This document shows positions 1 through 9,432 of a stretch of 64,000 nt of DNA, in pieces; position 1 is the first letter of the stretch, and the number at the start of each line of letters is the position of its first letter. The notes under the pieces are model-generated. The model was given only the letters and a program-made list of their open reading frames with translations, was not told the origin of the DNA and made no database searches. The stretch lies in IMG/VR virus record IMGVR_UViG_3300049215_000529, positions 124,001 to 188,000 of that record. One strand, written 5' to 3'. The position numbers and the translations under genes are program-made.

Positions 1-1
1 T

Positions 2-268
2 GTCAGCATGAAGAAACTCAATACGCTCTACTAACTTTTGGACCATCTCATCAGATAGGTTGTGGGCATTGTCGGTTATGAACTTTTCAATGTCCTTAGC
101 GCTATCTGATGTGAGTTTGACTCTGGCAATCTTATCAGAATCAGAAATGTCACTCTTGCGTTTGCGAAAAGATTTCCATCTATCCGAAAGAGAGTCTGAG
201 ATGAAAACATCCCACATTAAGATGGCAGCGCCGACTCCGAAAACTATTTCAATAATATGTTCCAACAT
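2..268 (-). CDS. Hypothetical membrane-anchored protein, partial (runs off window start)
   Basis: Own translation: MLEHIIEIVFGVGAAILMWDVF...IEFLHAD, open to the edge; ATG at 266-268 lies just after the upstream TAA. Confidence 0.6.
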   Translation of the reverse strand, partial: MLEHIIEIVFGVGAAILMWDVFISDSLSDRWKSFRKRKSDISDSDKIARVKLTSDSAKDIEKFITDNAHNLSDEMVQKLVERIEFLHAD

Positions 269-269
269 G

Positions 270-1424
270 TTACCCTACTAATCGATTAATCATTTTTTGT
301 ACGTTATACCAAGAGTACTTCGATAGAGATTTCTCTACCAGTTCAATGCACAGCTTATCTAGCTTCTCTTTGTCAGGAGTCTTAGGTAGAACATTAGTGC
401 TGTTGTATAATGAGTTGAGTTCTTTATCTTCTCTCTCAGCAAATTCAATTAACTGATCATAACTCCAAGCACCATTACGAATGGATAGTAGTTCCTCGCG
501 GTCGGGACGTTTGACGACTACTTTTCCAGTGGTCAGAACCTCACGACACATACGAATCAATCGAACCAAATGATAGGCATGCTTGGTGTCATAGCCATAT
601 TTCTCTTCTAAGGCAGAGCGGGTTGGGTTACGAGTCTTCTTCCAGTTTTGATACTGATCCCACTCACGCTTAGCGTTGGTATACATACGCTCGCGCTGCA
701 TGAGTTCAATGAAATTGTCATCGAGACCAATCTTACGAGCCGCACTCATCCAGTGCTGATCGGCAGTAATCTTCAGCTCTGCTAACATTTCGGTGACTGT
801 AGTTCGGATACCAATCTTCTGAGATTCTTCGAGTCCTTCCATAAAATCGAACTGGAATCGGTCTAACTCCTTCTGGATCTCCGCGCTAGCAGCTGCAAGC
901 TGACCCGCATCAATTAGAGTGGTTTCCGGTAATCCAAAGCCAGTTCGTGTCGGCTCATCGACCGGAGGAGTCATAATCCATCGTTTGTGGGTCTTAATTC
1001 TCTTTAGCTGTGAAACAGAGTAGCCAAGGAAGGTATGCTTGATTTTCTTTGATAGGAAGTCATCTTTATGTTCCAGAATAACTTCACCAATGGAATCAAC
1101 GACGAAGTGGTCGCTAGGATCTGTATGTAGAACCTCTACAATATTTGGATTGCTATCTGCTGCCAAGTTAAAAAATTTTCGTATATCGTAAATTACTGCA
1201 TCCGGATCTGGTGCTTTTAACTCTGCTTGTTCAAATCTTTTGGTATAACCAAAAAAATATTCTTTGGTAGGAATACAAACACCTTTAAAATCCTCATCAG
1301 AGGTAGCGACATTAGTTCCATATGCATGGCTACCATGCCTCACTAAGAGGCAGGTGCCTTTAGTAATCCACGATAAATGTGGAGAATTTTTCACAATAGT
1401 ATCTAAAACGGGATGATTTTGCAT
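270..1424 (-). CDS. Pol-beta superfamily nucleotidyltransferase (RlaP/YcgL-like)
   Basis: HGSHAYG...SDEDFKG motif, NPNxxE, C-terminal YDTKHAYHLVRL. Confidence 0.85.
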   Translation of the reverse strand: MQNHPVLDTIVKNSPHLSWITKGTCLLVRHGSHAYGTNVATSDEDFKGVCIPTKEYFFGYTKRFEQAELKAPDPDAVIYDIRKFFNLAADSNPNIVEVLHTDPSDHFVVDSIGEVILEHKDDFLSKKIKHTFLGYSVSQLKRIKTHKRWIMTPPVDEPTRTGFGLPETTLIDAGQLAAASAEIQKELDRFQFDFMEGLEESQKIGIRTTVTEMLAELKITADQHWMSAARKIGLDDNFIELMQRERMYTNAKREWDQYQNWKKTRNPTRSALEEKYGYDTKHAYHLVRLIRMCREVLTTGKVVVKRPDREELLSIRNGAWSYDQLIEFAEREDKELNSLYNSTNVLPKTPDKEKLDKLCIELVEKSLSKYSWYNVQKMINRLVG

Positions 1425-1444
1425 TATTCTATCAATTCTAACCC

Positions 1445-2128
1445 ATGCTATATATCGCTAGGGTTGCAATCATGAAACAGTGTAATACGTGCAAAGAAAA
1501 CAAAAAGCTAGGTGATTTTCACAAAAAGAGTTGTGTGCCTGATGGTCATAGCAATAAATGTAAAACGTGCCAAAAGAAATATCAGCAAAGTCATTACTTG
1601 CGAAACAAAGACAGAATTTACCAAAACAATCTTTCTAAAAGAAAATACCTTGCTCAAGAAGTGGATAAACTAAAAGATTATCCTTGCAAAGATTGTGGCA
1701 AAAAGTATGAACCATTCTGTATGGACTTTGACCACTTATCAGATAAGATCATGGCTGTATCAAAAATGGTTCACGAAACTTTTTCTTTGGAGAAGATTAA
1801 AGAAGAAATTACCAAATGTGAATTGGTTTGCGTCCTCTGTCATAAAAATAGAACCTACCAAAGATTACAAGAAATAGAAAAGAAGAAACTATATCCTTGT
1901 TATGATAGGAATCGAGAAATTATCAAACTTGCCAAAAATCAACCATGTGCCGTTTGCAATATTCAGTACCAGTCATGGCAAATGGAATTTGATCACATTG
2001 CTGATAAAGAAAAATCAGTCAGCTTGATGTTAGGCAATTCGCAACAAAAAATAAAAAATGAAATTAGTAAATGCCAAGTTCTTTGTGCCCTTTGTCATAG
2101 ACAAAAAACTAAAAAAGAACTATGGTAA
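1445..2128 (+). CDS. HNH homing endonuclease with tandem HNH/Zn modules (likely start 1472)
   Basis: Two CxxC...FDH...CxxCHxxxT repeats; lone plus-strand gene. Confidence 0.75.
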   Translation: MLYIARVAIMKQCNTCKENKKLGDFHKKSCVPDGHSNKCKTCQKKYQQSHYLRNKDRIYQNNLSKRKYLAQEVDKLKDYPCKDCGKKYEPFCMDFDHLSDKIMAVSKMVHETFSLEKIKEEITKCELVCVLCHKNRTYQRLQEIEKKKLYPCYDRNREIIKLAKNQPCAVCNIQYQSWQMEFDHIADKEKSVSLMLGNSQQKIKNEISKCQVLCALCHRQKTKKELW

Positions 2129-2135
2129 ATTACTC

Positions 2136-2442
2136 TTAAAATGAAACGCTGTTTCCGCGCCCACACGACCCAGTCGCTTTTGGATTAATAAACTTGAAGA
2201 CGCCACCTATCATACTATCAATCCAATCAATAGTAGAGTCATCTAAATACTGATAAGATATCACATCAAATAATAATCTTAACAGTCCCATAATAATCAG
2301 TAACTTCAATTACCTCATCAGAATCAGTGACTTGATCATCAAAATCCATGTCATAACTAAACCCAGCACACCCGCCGCCTCTAACCTTAGCTCGAACACA
2401 ACAGTGTCCAATGCCTTCAGCATTAGAGATTTCAATAATTTT
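2136..2442 (-). pseudogene. iscA: Decayed second iscA copy (5'-truncated, +1 frameshift, CGCG changed to CGRG)
   Basis: Own translation: KIIEISNAEGIGHCCVRAKVRGGGCAGFSYDMDF...(extra T near 2270)...DVISYQYLDDSTIDW...FKFINPKATGSCGRGNSVSF*. Confidence 0.85.
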
Positions 2443-2446
2443 AAGG

Positions 2447-2726
2447 GGTTTGGGTTACAGTCAGCAGCCAGGCTAAAGAATTTACGGATATCATAGATTA
2501 CCGCGTCAGGGTCAGGAGCTTTTAGCTCTGCCTGTTCGAAGCGTTTTGAGCCGAAGAAGTATTCCTTAGTAGGAATGGCAACACCCTTGAAGTCCTCGTC
2601 ACTGCTAGCTGTGTTGGTACCATAGGCATTAGAGCCGTGGCGAACCAACAATACTGTGCGGTCTGCCATCCAGCCTAGATGTGGACTCTTTTTTACGATA
2701 ATATCAATTACAGGATGCTTACTCAT
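2447..2726 (-). pseudogene. 5' fragment of a second RlaP-like nucleotidyltransferase, fused out of frame to the iscA remnant
   Basis: First ~93 aa closely match 270..1424 up to AADCNPN, then similarity stops. Confidence 0.8.
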
Positions 2727-2734
2727 CTTACACC

Positions 2735-3061
2735 TTAAAAACTTACAGAACTCCCACAGCCGCAGCTACTTTTGACGTTGGGGTTCAAAAACTTGAATCC
2801 TGTACCAAACTGACTCTCTACAAAATCTAGAGTGGTTTCATCCATATACTGCATAGACATAGGGTCTACTAGGATGGTAACGCCGTCCATCTCTATAACT
2901 TCATCTAATTCTTTTGCGCCAATATCATCAAAGTGCATATCTTGCGTAAATCCTGCGCAACCACCACCAACTACCTTGAGTCTGACAGTAAGGTGTCCAA
3001 CACCTTCGGCTTCAGAGATTTCTTTGATTTTGCTAATAGCTTTATCAGTAATGTGGATCAT
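2735..3061 (-). CDS. iscA: A-type Fe-S carrier (IscA/ErpA/HesB family)
   Basis: GGGCAG and CGCGSS motifs, 108 aa. Confidence 0.92.
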   Translation of the reverse strand: MIHITDKAISKIKEISEAEGVGHLTVRLKVVGGGCAGFTQDMHFDDIGAKELDEVIEMDGVTILVDPMSMQYMDETTLDFVESQFGTGFKFLNPNVKSSCGCGSSVSF

Positions 3062-3073
3062 TTTACCTCAGGC

Positions 3074-3101
3074 AAAGTAATTCTTAAAAATTGTATGTCA
3101 A
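3074..3101 (-). promoter_or_regulatory. sigma70-like promoter TTGACA-N16-TACTTT upstream of iscA
   Basis: Motif in intergenic DNA; 30/32 identical to 60536..60567. Confidence 0.55.
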
Positions 3102-3110
3102 GGCTCGCCA

Positions 3111-4154
3111 TCAAACGAAGGCGGCTAATTTTTTCAATTCGGGGAAAGAAACTAAAATATATTTGATATCCGTCATATTATTCTTAGAGGATAAGTAAGC
3201 TAAAATCTTTTTAGGAACTACCTGCGGAATCATCTTCATAAGTCTAATCAATCTATCTGCATTGGCTTTCTTATGACCAGTAGTACGCATGTATAGTTTA
3301 TTAGCATACATGATCGCCAACTCATCAGCAAACGAAGGATCCAATGTAATTACATTTTTGAAATTACGAAGATGATTTTCTTCTAAAAGGCAATGATCAC
3401 AAGTTCTTAATAGATCGCGAAGTCTATCTTTGAATACTGAATCATAGTCATTCTTCAATAGCACCATCATCTTAGGATCATTAAGAATAGCAAAAAAGGC
3501 GCGACGGTTCTTATCGTTTTGTTTGCGAACCGTCACAATTTCTTTTACAAGGCAAACAATGGGCTGTCTATCAAAATGTAGCCCACGCTCTTCTAGTGCC
3601 AGCAATAACTCGAAGCTACGAGCTGACTTGGTAATTTTTTGAGCCACTGCCCCGGCATATTCATCAAGGTCTTTGAAGATAAATGGAGTGAAGTCACGAA
3701 CAATAGAGACAAGCTTGTCTACATTAATATGAGACGGCATCTCCATTAAAGAATTTTTAATGGTAGCAAGGCTCTCGTGTCGAGCATGCTTGACTTTACA
3801 ATACTCCACAAACTGAAGGTATTCAATGTCATACTTGACATTAACCTCTGGTTTGTCGCGGAAAGCATTAAAAGCTCTCGTTTCTAGATACTCATCTAGA
3901 CGTTTGGTTAGCGCCCTATCATTCAAAGATAGTAGGAAAGATAGTCTATTGAACCAAAACTCTTCGCCGTTTTCCCAGAAAATTTCGGAACACTTCAAGA
4001 AACGGTCCCAAGCATATGCAAAATTCTCGGGCTTTTCTCTTAACATAGCCCTATAATTATTTAGATCTAAATCCATTCTATCAGAAAAGAATAGAAGATC
4101 TGTCAATTGTCTAAACCTTGGATTAATTTGATTAAAAGACTTGACCATATACAA
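3111..4154 (-). CDS. Hypothetical protein (347 aa)
   Basis: Long ORF on operon strand, no motif recognised. Confidence 0.7.
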   Translation of the reverse strand: MYMVKSFNQINPRFRQLTDLLFFSDRMDLDLNNYRAMLREKPENFAYAWDRFLKCSEIFWENGEEFWFNRLSFLLSLNDRALTKRLDEYLETRAFNAFRDKPEVNVKYDIEYLQFVEYCKVKHARHESLATIKNSLMEMPSHINVDKLVSIVRDFTPFIFKDLDEYAGAVAQKITKSARSFELLLALEERGLHFDRQPIVCLVKEIVTVRKQNDKNRRAFFAILNDPKMMVLLKNDYDSVFKDRLRDLLRTCDHCLLEENHLRNFKNVITLDPSFADELAIMYANKLYMRTTGHKKANADRLIRLMKMIPQVVPKKILAYLSSKNNMTDIKYILVSFPELKKLAAFV

Positions 4155-4178
4155 TCTATATCAAGATAGTATATGTCT

Positions 4179-4577
4179 TTACAGGGTCATTAGTTTAAAC
4201 ATTTTCCAAGTAGGAGAAATGGCAATCCTTTTCATCAATAACTTGGCTCTTTTACTTGGTTCTTTGGTTAGAAACCCAGTACCACGACCCTTACTATAAT
4301 CGATAGGAAATTTGAATTGGTCAGCGGTCAAGTCTAAAATGAACCCAGACTTGTGTTTTAAAAACCAATGAGAGCATCCCATATGCTTGACATAATGAGC
4401 TTTCCATCCCTCTTCTTTGCCACCAAGCAAATAATAGGCAGCTTCACTTGCAACATAGCAGTGACCAAATGAATGCGGCAAATGCTCTGACCTGCCACGT
4501 ATAGCCCTATACTTTTTATCTAAAAGATCTTCTGATAGATTATCAACGATGAGATCTCTAAATTCTTCCCAGTTCAT
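4179..4577 (-). CDS. Hypothetical protein
   Basis: Tightly packed ORF; GHCYVASEA and DLTADQF segments. Confidence 0.65.
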   Translation of the reverse strand: MNWEEFRDLIVDNLSEDLLDKKYRAIRGRSEHLPHSFGHCYVASEAAYYLLGGKEEGWKAHYVKHMGCSHWFLKHKSGFILDLTADQFKFPIDYSKGRGTGFLTKEPSKRAKLLMKRIAISPTWKMFKLMTL

Positions 4578-4578
4578 G

Positions 4579-5061
4579 TTAATTCAATGCCATACATACT
4601 AAAGGGAACAAAAATGCCAAGTGAATGATTTGATCGATTGCAATCATAAGAATCTTACCAAGTGGCGTCGAAATGAATTCTACAAATCCTTTTTTAGGAT
4701 CGGGCGGCAAAATGGTAACATAACCATCTAGTCCGGTCTGTTTCGTTGGCATCACCATCTCAGGTGGTCTGCGAATGTATCTTGCCCAAAGATACACTGG
4801 AATATAAGTATCTTCGACAAAGTGAGACCAGAACAGAATGTTTAATCCAACAACCCACTCCCAAGCCTGAAAATGAAGCAACACCATCATAGGAACGAAG
4901 CCAATCGTATAGATGAGGCAGTGGCGTGCTCGAACCCAAGGGTTGTTATGTTTCGCCATAGCTTCAGCGTGCGTTTGCAAAACCCAGTCCACAAAGAAGT
5001 GAACAAAAGTAAATACTGCAAACAAGCCACCAGCTAGGGCAACTTTTGTTACGATATCCAT
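4579..5061 (-). CDS. DUF3307-like membrane protein
   Basis: HFxxDWxLQ, RxxHxxIY, SHFxxD and DQxxH motifs within hydrophobic helices. Confidence 0.7.
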   Translation of the reverse strand: MDIVTKVALAGGLFAVFTFVHFFVDWVLQTHAEAMAKHNNPWVRARHCLIYTIGFVPMMVLLHFQAWEWVVGLNILFWSHFVEDTYIPVYLWARYIRRPPEMVMPTKQTGLDGYVTILPPDPKKGFVEFISTPLGKILMIAIDQIIHLAFLFPLVCMALN

Positions 5062-5157
5062 TTTACTTTCCTAAATTGTTAATCGTCTTTACGTAAATTA
5101 TAATAAAGAGCTACTGCAAGAATAACTCCAAGAATTATGTAGCTCATTGTATCCACA

Positions 5158-5610
5158 TCACCCTGCTTTGATTTGTGAAATATTTGAATTTAAAGAATTT
5201 AGATACTGATCTAGTTTGCCCGATTGATCTGGAGCAATGCTCTTTAGGACCGGAATAACCTGTCCCACATCTTCCAATACAGAACTTAAGAATCTTTTTA
5301 TATTAACAATTTTAGTGTTATCTAAGTCGTATCCTTGAATTGATGGATTCCAGGCTCTTTGCATCATAGTACGGATTGCATTATAACCTGTAAGTATATT
5401 AGTGGCTGGCACTTCAGCAACAGGGTATGTCTTCAATCTATCCTTGAATCTCTGAATCATGGTAACTAACTCAGTTAATAATCTGAATGAATTGGTAACC
5501 TTAGACACGTCATCTAAACCTGTACCAAAGCCTTCTTGCATTTGTGCTTCAGATGCAAGATACTTTTTCTCTAGTTTTTCCGCCACTTTGAATAAATTAC
5601 GAGCACTCAT
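5158..5610 (-). CDS. Hypothetical protein
   Basis: 150-aa ORF. Confidence 0.65.
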   Translation of the reverse strand: MSARNLFKVAEKLEKKYLASEAQMQEGFGTGLDDVSKVTNSFRLLTELVTMIQRFKDRLKTYPVAEVPATNILTGYNAIRTMMQRAWNPSIQGYDLDNTKIVNIKRFLSSVLEDVGQVIPVLKSIAPDQSGKLDQYLNSLNSNISQIKAG

Positions 5611-5671
5611 ACACAGAATGCCGCGTTAGTAGTCGGTTACAGGCTACAACATAAGTCGGAAAATTAGGGCG

Positions 5672-6049
5672 TCAAGGGAGGTCAAATTTTAGAATTATGT
5701 GATCCGGGGCATTTTGGCGCCCATAATCATCGTCTAGTCTGACCACATCATCCAAATGTGGAGTAGAAACCTCTACTACATCAACATCAGTTGCAGCAAC
5801 CATACGATGAATAGTATTTGGTGGGCAATGAAAAGAATCGCCCGCCTTCATATGAAGAACAGTTCTTTGATCATCTGGACCAATTTCTAGATCCATTTCA
5901 CCACTTTGTACTAAGAAAGTTTCTTCCTTGATATTATGATATTGGCGAGATAATTTATGACCTTGATTGATGTGCAGAACTTTCCCCACATAATCTTTAG
6001 TTTCTGCCCAAATAAGCTCATATCCCCATGGTTTATCTACGCGTCTCAT
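5672..6049 (-). CDS. Cupin-domain protein (phosphomannose isomerase type II C-terminal-like)
   Basis: KPWGYE, LSRQYH..KEET, HRM, EVSTP motifs. Confidence 0.8.
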   Translation of the reverse strand: MRRVDKPWGYELIWAETKDYVGKVLHINQGHKLSRQYHNIKEETFLVQSGEMDLEIGPDDQRTVLHMKAGDSFHCPPNTIHRMVAATDVDVVEVSTPHLDDVVRLDDDYGRQNAPDHIILKFDLP

Positions 6050-6051
6050 GA

Positions 6052-7815
6052 TTAACTCGAACGAAGATCAAAAGCTCTGCCGAATGGAGGCTTGAAAGAA
6101 CTGCCGCTGGTAATCAACCAGATAACGTCTTTGCCAGGATGCTTCATCTCGGCAAGGTCAGTATCTAGCAAGAATCCGTCAGTAATGACAATTAGGAAGT
6201 CACAAGTACCAATGTTTTTCTCGTAGTCATCAAAGAAGGCTGCATACTTGGTTCCACCACGCCCAAAGATTTTAACCTTAGATAGTTCCTCAAAGTTGGC
6301 TTTCTTGACCTTGGTTGCCTTGTCCCAATAGATATCGGCATCTGCTGGCACGATAGTGCCCTCAGAACGCTCGTCTAGGGAGGCAAGCTGGGACAGACCA
6401 AAAGCCATGTCATCCTTGCTCATAGAGCCGCTGGTGTCCAGCAAACAGCCAAAGTGAGCGTAGTAGTTCTTTCTCTTAGGCACTAACAAGCCCGTGAACA
6501 TTGGGCGGCTTCTGAAACGGGTCCAGTCGTTACGACCGTTACCAGCTCTAGCCTTAAGCAATCTGGTGCGGATAATATCCTGCCAGGTCACCTTTGGCGC
6601 CGTTAATTTACCAAGCTCGTCTTCCAAGGCAGCTGGTACATAACCAGCCATCTTCTTGGCAGATTCCATAGCATCAGAGATTCTTTTGGCAAGCTTCTCT
6701 TCGGACTCTTCAGTGTCCATATGATCGTCTAGTGTGCTTCCAAATCCGAAAACATCGAAGCCGCCACCACACTCATCGCATCCGTGGTCACAATCACCAC
6801 TACCTTGTCCTTGACCATTTGGATCGTTCTGTCCCTGTCCGCCTTGTCCTTGACCCTGACCTTGGGCATCACCATCACTCGGCTGACCTTGACCGTCTCC
6901 ATGTTGGTGTGATGGGCAATTACATGGCTGACCGTCTCCATGATCATGCGATTGGTCTTTGTCACCATCTTGACCCGGCTGTTGGTCTTGACCCTCTTGC
7001 TTATCTTGGTCTTCGGACTTATCGCCCTTGCCCTTATTCTTGTCTTTACCCTTTTTCTTGTTTGGCATTTGATAAATACCAACACGCCCACACTTTGGAC
7101 ACTTTGGGAGAAGGCTATACAAGTAATCGTAAATAGCTTCGGGTCGCTTCATATCATCAGATAGATCTGGATCGGCATAAAAGAATTTAACACTCTTCTC
7201 GCGACGCTCCAATTCCTTTAACTCTTTAGGAGTTAACTCTCTATCTTCGTTAGGTGCAGGAAGTGCAACGTCTGAGGACCCACTTTGACCCATTGGCTCT
7301 AGTTCTTCGAACCCTTTGATTTTGGAGAAAGGATCTTTGAACATGTCAGCATATTGTTGCAAGGTCATGTACTTGCCAAGATGCTTGGTGAACATTTCCT
7401 TTGGATCCATTTTTCTGGCTTTGAAATCGTCCATCACGGTTCCATTGACGATGAAGTCAACAGCGATGTTCCACAGCTTAGGAATTCTAGATCCTCTTCT
7501 TTGTGGATGCATATAGATGGCGTGCCACGCTTCGTGACCACAAACAATACGCAAACCAATTCTAGATTGTTTAATAACGAATTTTGGATTCCAGTAGTAT
7601 CGCTTGCCATCAGTTGCGGCAGTAGGCATGTTCATAGTACATACATGCTCTACTGGATACATCAGGCTGAAGATGAGCGGGTCACCACCCATACCAGTAC
7701 CTACATGCTCGTTATTGTATCTAGTACCAAGCTCAAGGAAAACTTGTGATAGTTTGTCTTCTGCCTGTTGTACTAACTTTGGATCAACTTTGCCTATGAT
7801 TCTGGAAAATTTCAT
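6052..7815 (-). CDS. Metallopeptidase-like plus VWA domain protein (DUF2201-like), MoxR partner
   Basis: TAATDG, HEAWH, WNIAxD; C-terminal MIDAS DTSGS, GGT, TDG; Q/G/D-rich linker. Confidence 0.85.
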   Translation of the reverse strand: MKFSRIIGKVDPKLVQQAEDKLSQVFLELGTRYNNEHVGTGMGGDPLIFSLMYPVEHVCTMNMPTAATDGKRYYWNPKFVIKQSRIGLRIVCGHEAWHAIYMHPQRRGSRIPKLWNIAVDFIVNGTVMDDFKARKMDPKEMFTKHLGKYMTLQQYADMFKDPFSKIKGFEELEPMGQSGSSDVALPAPNEDRELTPKELKELERREKSVKFFYADPDLSDDMKRPEAIYDYLYSLLPKCPKCGRVGIYQMPNKKKGKDKNKGKGDKSEDQDKQEGQDQQPGQDGDKDQSHDHGDGQPCNCPSHQHGDGQGQPSDGDAQGQGQGQGGQGQNDPNGQGQGSGDCDHGCDECGGGFDVFGFGSTLDDHMDTEESEEKLAKRISDAMESAKKMAGYVPAALEDELGKLTAPKVTWQDIIRTRLLKARAGNGRNDWTRFRSRPMFTGLLVPKRKNYYAHFGCLLDTSGSMSKDDMAFGLSQLASLDERSEGTIVPADADIYWDKATKVKKANFEELSKVKIFGRGGTKYAAFFDDYEKNIGTCDFLIVITDGFLLDTDLAEMKHPGKDVIWLITSGSSFKPPFGRAFDLRSS

Positions 7816-7857
7816 TATATCTCCAATACCTATATATCTAAAGAGGAATAGGTATTT

Positions 7858-9000
7858 TCATTCATCTACTGACTTATTGATCCTATTAAGAACCTGCTCC
7901 CATTCTGGGTGCTCATCAAGATTGAACTTGACCAAGCGATCGATTTGAATTTGGCTTCTAACAGCCACCAATACGTTTTCATACGAAGCCTTTTGCAAGA
8001 AACGACCTACGTGTCTAACTGCTGGCGGCGGCTCGTTCTCGTTGGCACCATCTAGGTGAGTTGCCAAACGGGCGCAAGTAATCATACAAGCAACTAATTG
8101 CTTGCCTGGTTCCATCACATTGTACTTGGATGAAACATCCTTGCCATGATAAATGGCTTCGATCATAGGAAGAAGTTCTTGGTAGTATTCATAGTAGTTA
8201 GAGTACTTGAGACCAGCATCTTTACCAACGCAACCACAAACCTTCTTGTTCAACATGGTGGTGGTCCAACCAAGCTTCTCACCAGCATACAAAAGCTGGG
8301 AAGCTCTCTGCCAACCACGAGGAGAAGGATCGGCATAACGATCTTCTGGATCTACTGCACCGAACAAATCCTTAGGATGGTCGTTGATGTAAGCAGTAAC
8401 AGATGGGTGAATATGATTTGACTTACCAGCCCAATCCAACCAAGAGGTTGCATCGGCTTCAACCAAATATTTTTCTGCTCTATCTAATAGGGGTAAGCTG
8501 GGACGAGAGCCACCTTCAGAGATCAAGTTACCAGTCAAGATACTTGCTCTCAGCTTAGGAAGCTTACGACCGTTGATGGACTTGAATTGAGTGAACTCTA
8601 GCAAAGGTGCCCATAGGCTTGGGTCAGCCTTGTCCACTTCGTCTAACAGAGCAACTACATCTACATCACCATCGAACATTGGCTTGTAGAAATGAGGGAG
8701 CAAGAAATCGACGAATCTTTTGCGATTATCTTCTTCAGAAATAACCTTGCCCATGATATCTGGATAACCACCTAAGTCTACTCTTTCCAAAACGGACAAG
8801 TTAATATAGACTTCGTGCAGTCCTGCTTTCTTAATCTCTTGTTTAGAGATTTCAGTTTTACCAGTTCCTCTTCGACCGAAGATTGCGATGTTACTACCTA
8901 CATCAATGGCAGCTTTAATATGAGATGCCAAGTCTTTAGTATTTAATTTTTCCAGATTAAAATCTGAAGTAGTCATTTGTTGCGGGGCTGGTGTCGGCAT
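7858..9000 (-). CDS. MoxR-type AAA+ ATPase
   Basis: Walker A GRRGTGKT, Walker B LLDEVD, LLDR, SPRGW. Confidence 0.85.
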   Translation of the reverse strand: MPTPAPQQMTTSDFNLEKLNTKDLASHIKAAIDVGSNIAIFGRRGTGKTEISKQEIKKAGLHEVYINLSVLERVDLGGYPDIMGKVISEEDNRKRFVDFLLPHFYKPMFDGDVDVVALLDEVDKADPSLWAPLLEFTQFKSINGRKLPKLRASILTGNLISEGGSRPSLPLLDRAEKYLVEADATSWLDWAGKSNHIHPSVTAYINDHPKDLFGAVDPEDRYADPSPRGWQRASQLLYAGEKLGWTTTMLNKKVCGCVGKDAGLKYSNYYEYYQELLPMIEAIYHGKDVSSKYNVMEPGKQLVACMITCARLATHLDGANENEPPPAVRHVGRFLQKASYENVLVAVRSQIQIDRLVKFNLDEHPEWEQVLNRINKSVDE

Positions 9001-9111
9001 TATGTTTTCTCCAATTAGTGGAATGTACTTACCAATTTGCTCACGTTAGCCGCATGTGTCAACCGCTCTAAAAAAACTAAAATACGGTAGGAGCTGGAAA
9101 TTTTCAGAAAC

Positions 9112-9432
9112 TTAATTCAGCTTCTCATCCTCATCAGACTCAAAGCTCAACTCACCTTTTCTATAACCATCCAAAAGTGTTTGCGCCGCTTTCCATGGAT
9201 CGCGCCCGAAAGAAAGTCGCCCATGAGTAAACTGAATTCTTACAATTATGTCTTCGGGACAATTTGAATTTTCTAGCTCTTCCGCTAGCCATAGCCCAGC
9301 AAAACAAACTTCTTTTATAATGGCTGAGGCAAGTAATGGCTTGGGCAAGCGATCATCGTTATCTAAAACATCTTGCCAACGAGCAATGTCTTCTTCTGTA
9401 ACAAATTCTGGTCTTGACATATTATTCCTCAA
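9112..9432 (-). CDS. Hypothetical protein
   Basis: ORF overlapping the tyrS stop. Confidence 0.6.
   Translation of the reverse strand: MRNNMSRPEFVTEEDIARWQDVLDNDDRLPKPLLASAIIKEVCFAGLWLAEELENSNCPEDIIVRIQFTHGRLSFGRDPWKAAQTLLDGYRKGELSFESDEDEKLN

Noticed and set aside
1424-2726. Group I intron or intein splitting the nucleotidyltransferase
   Set aside because: The downstream copy has its own complete N-terminus, and the intervening DNA is an iscA remnant plus HNH.
6729-7164. Alternative-frame ORFs over the VWA linker
   Set aside because: Shadows of the low-complexity Gln/Gly/Asp region.
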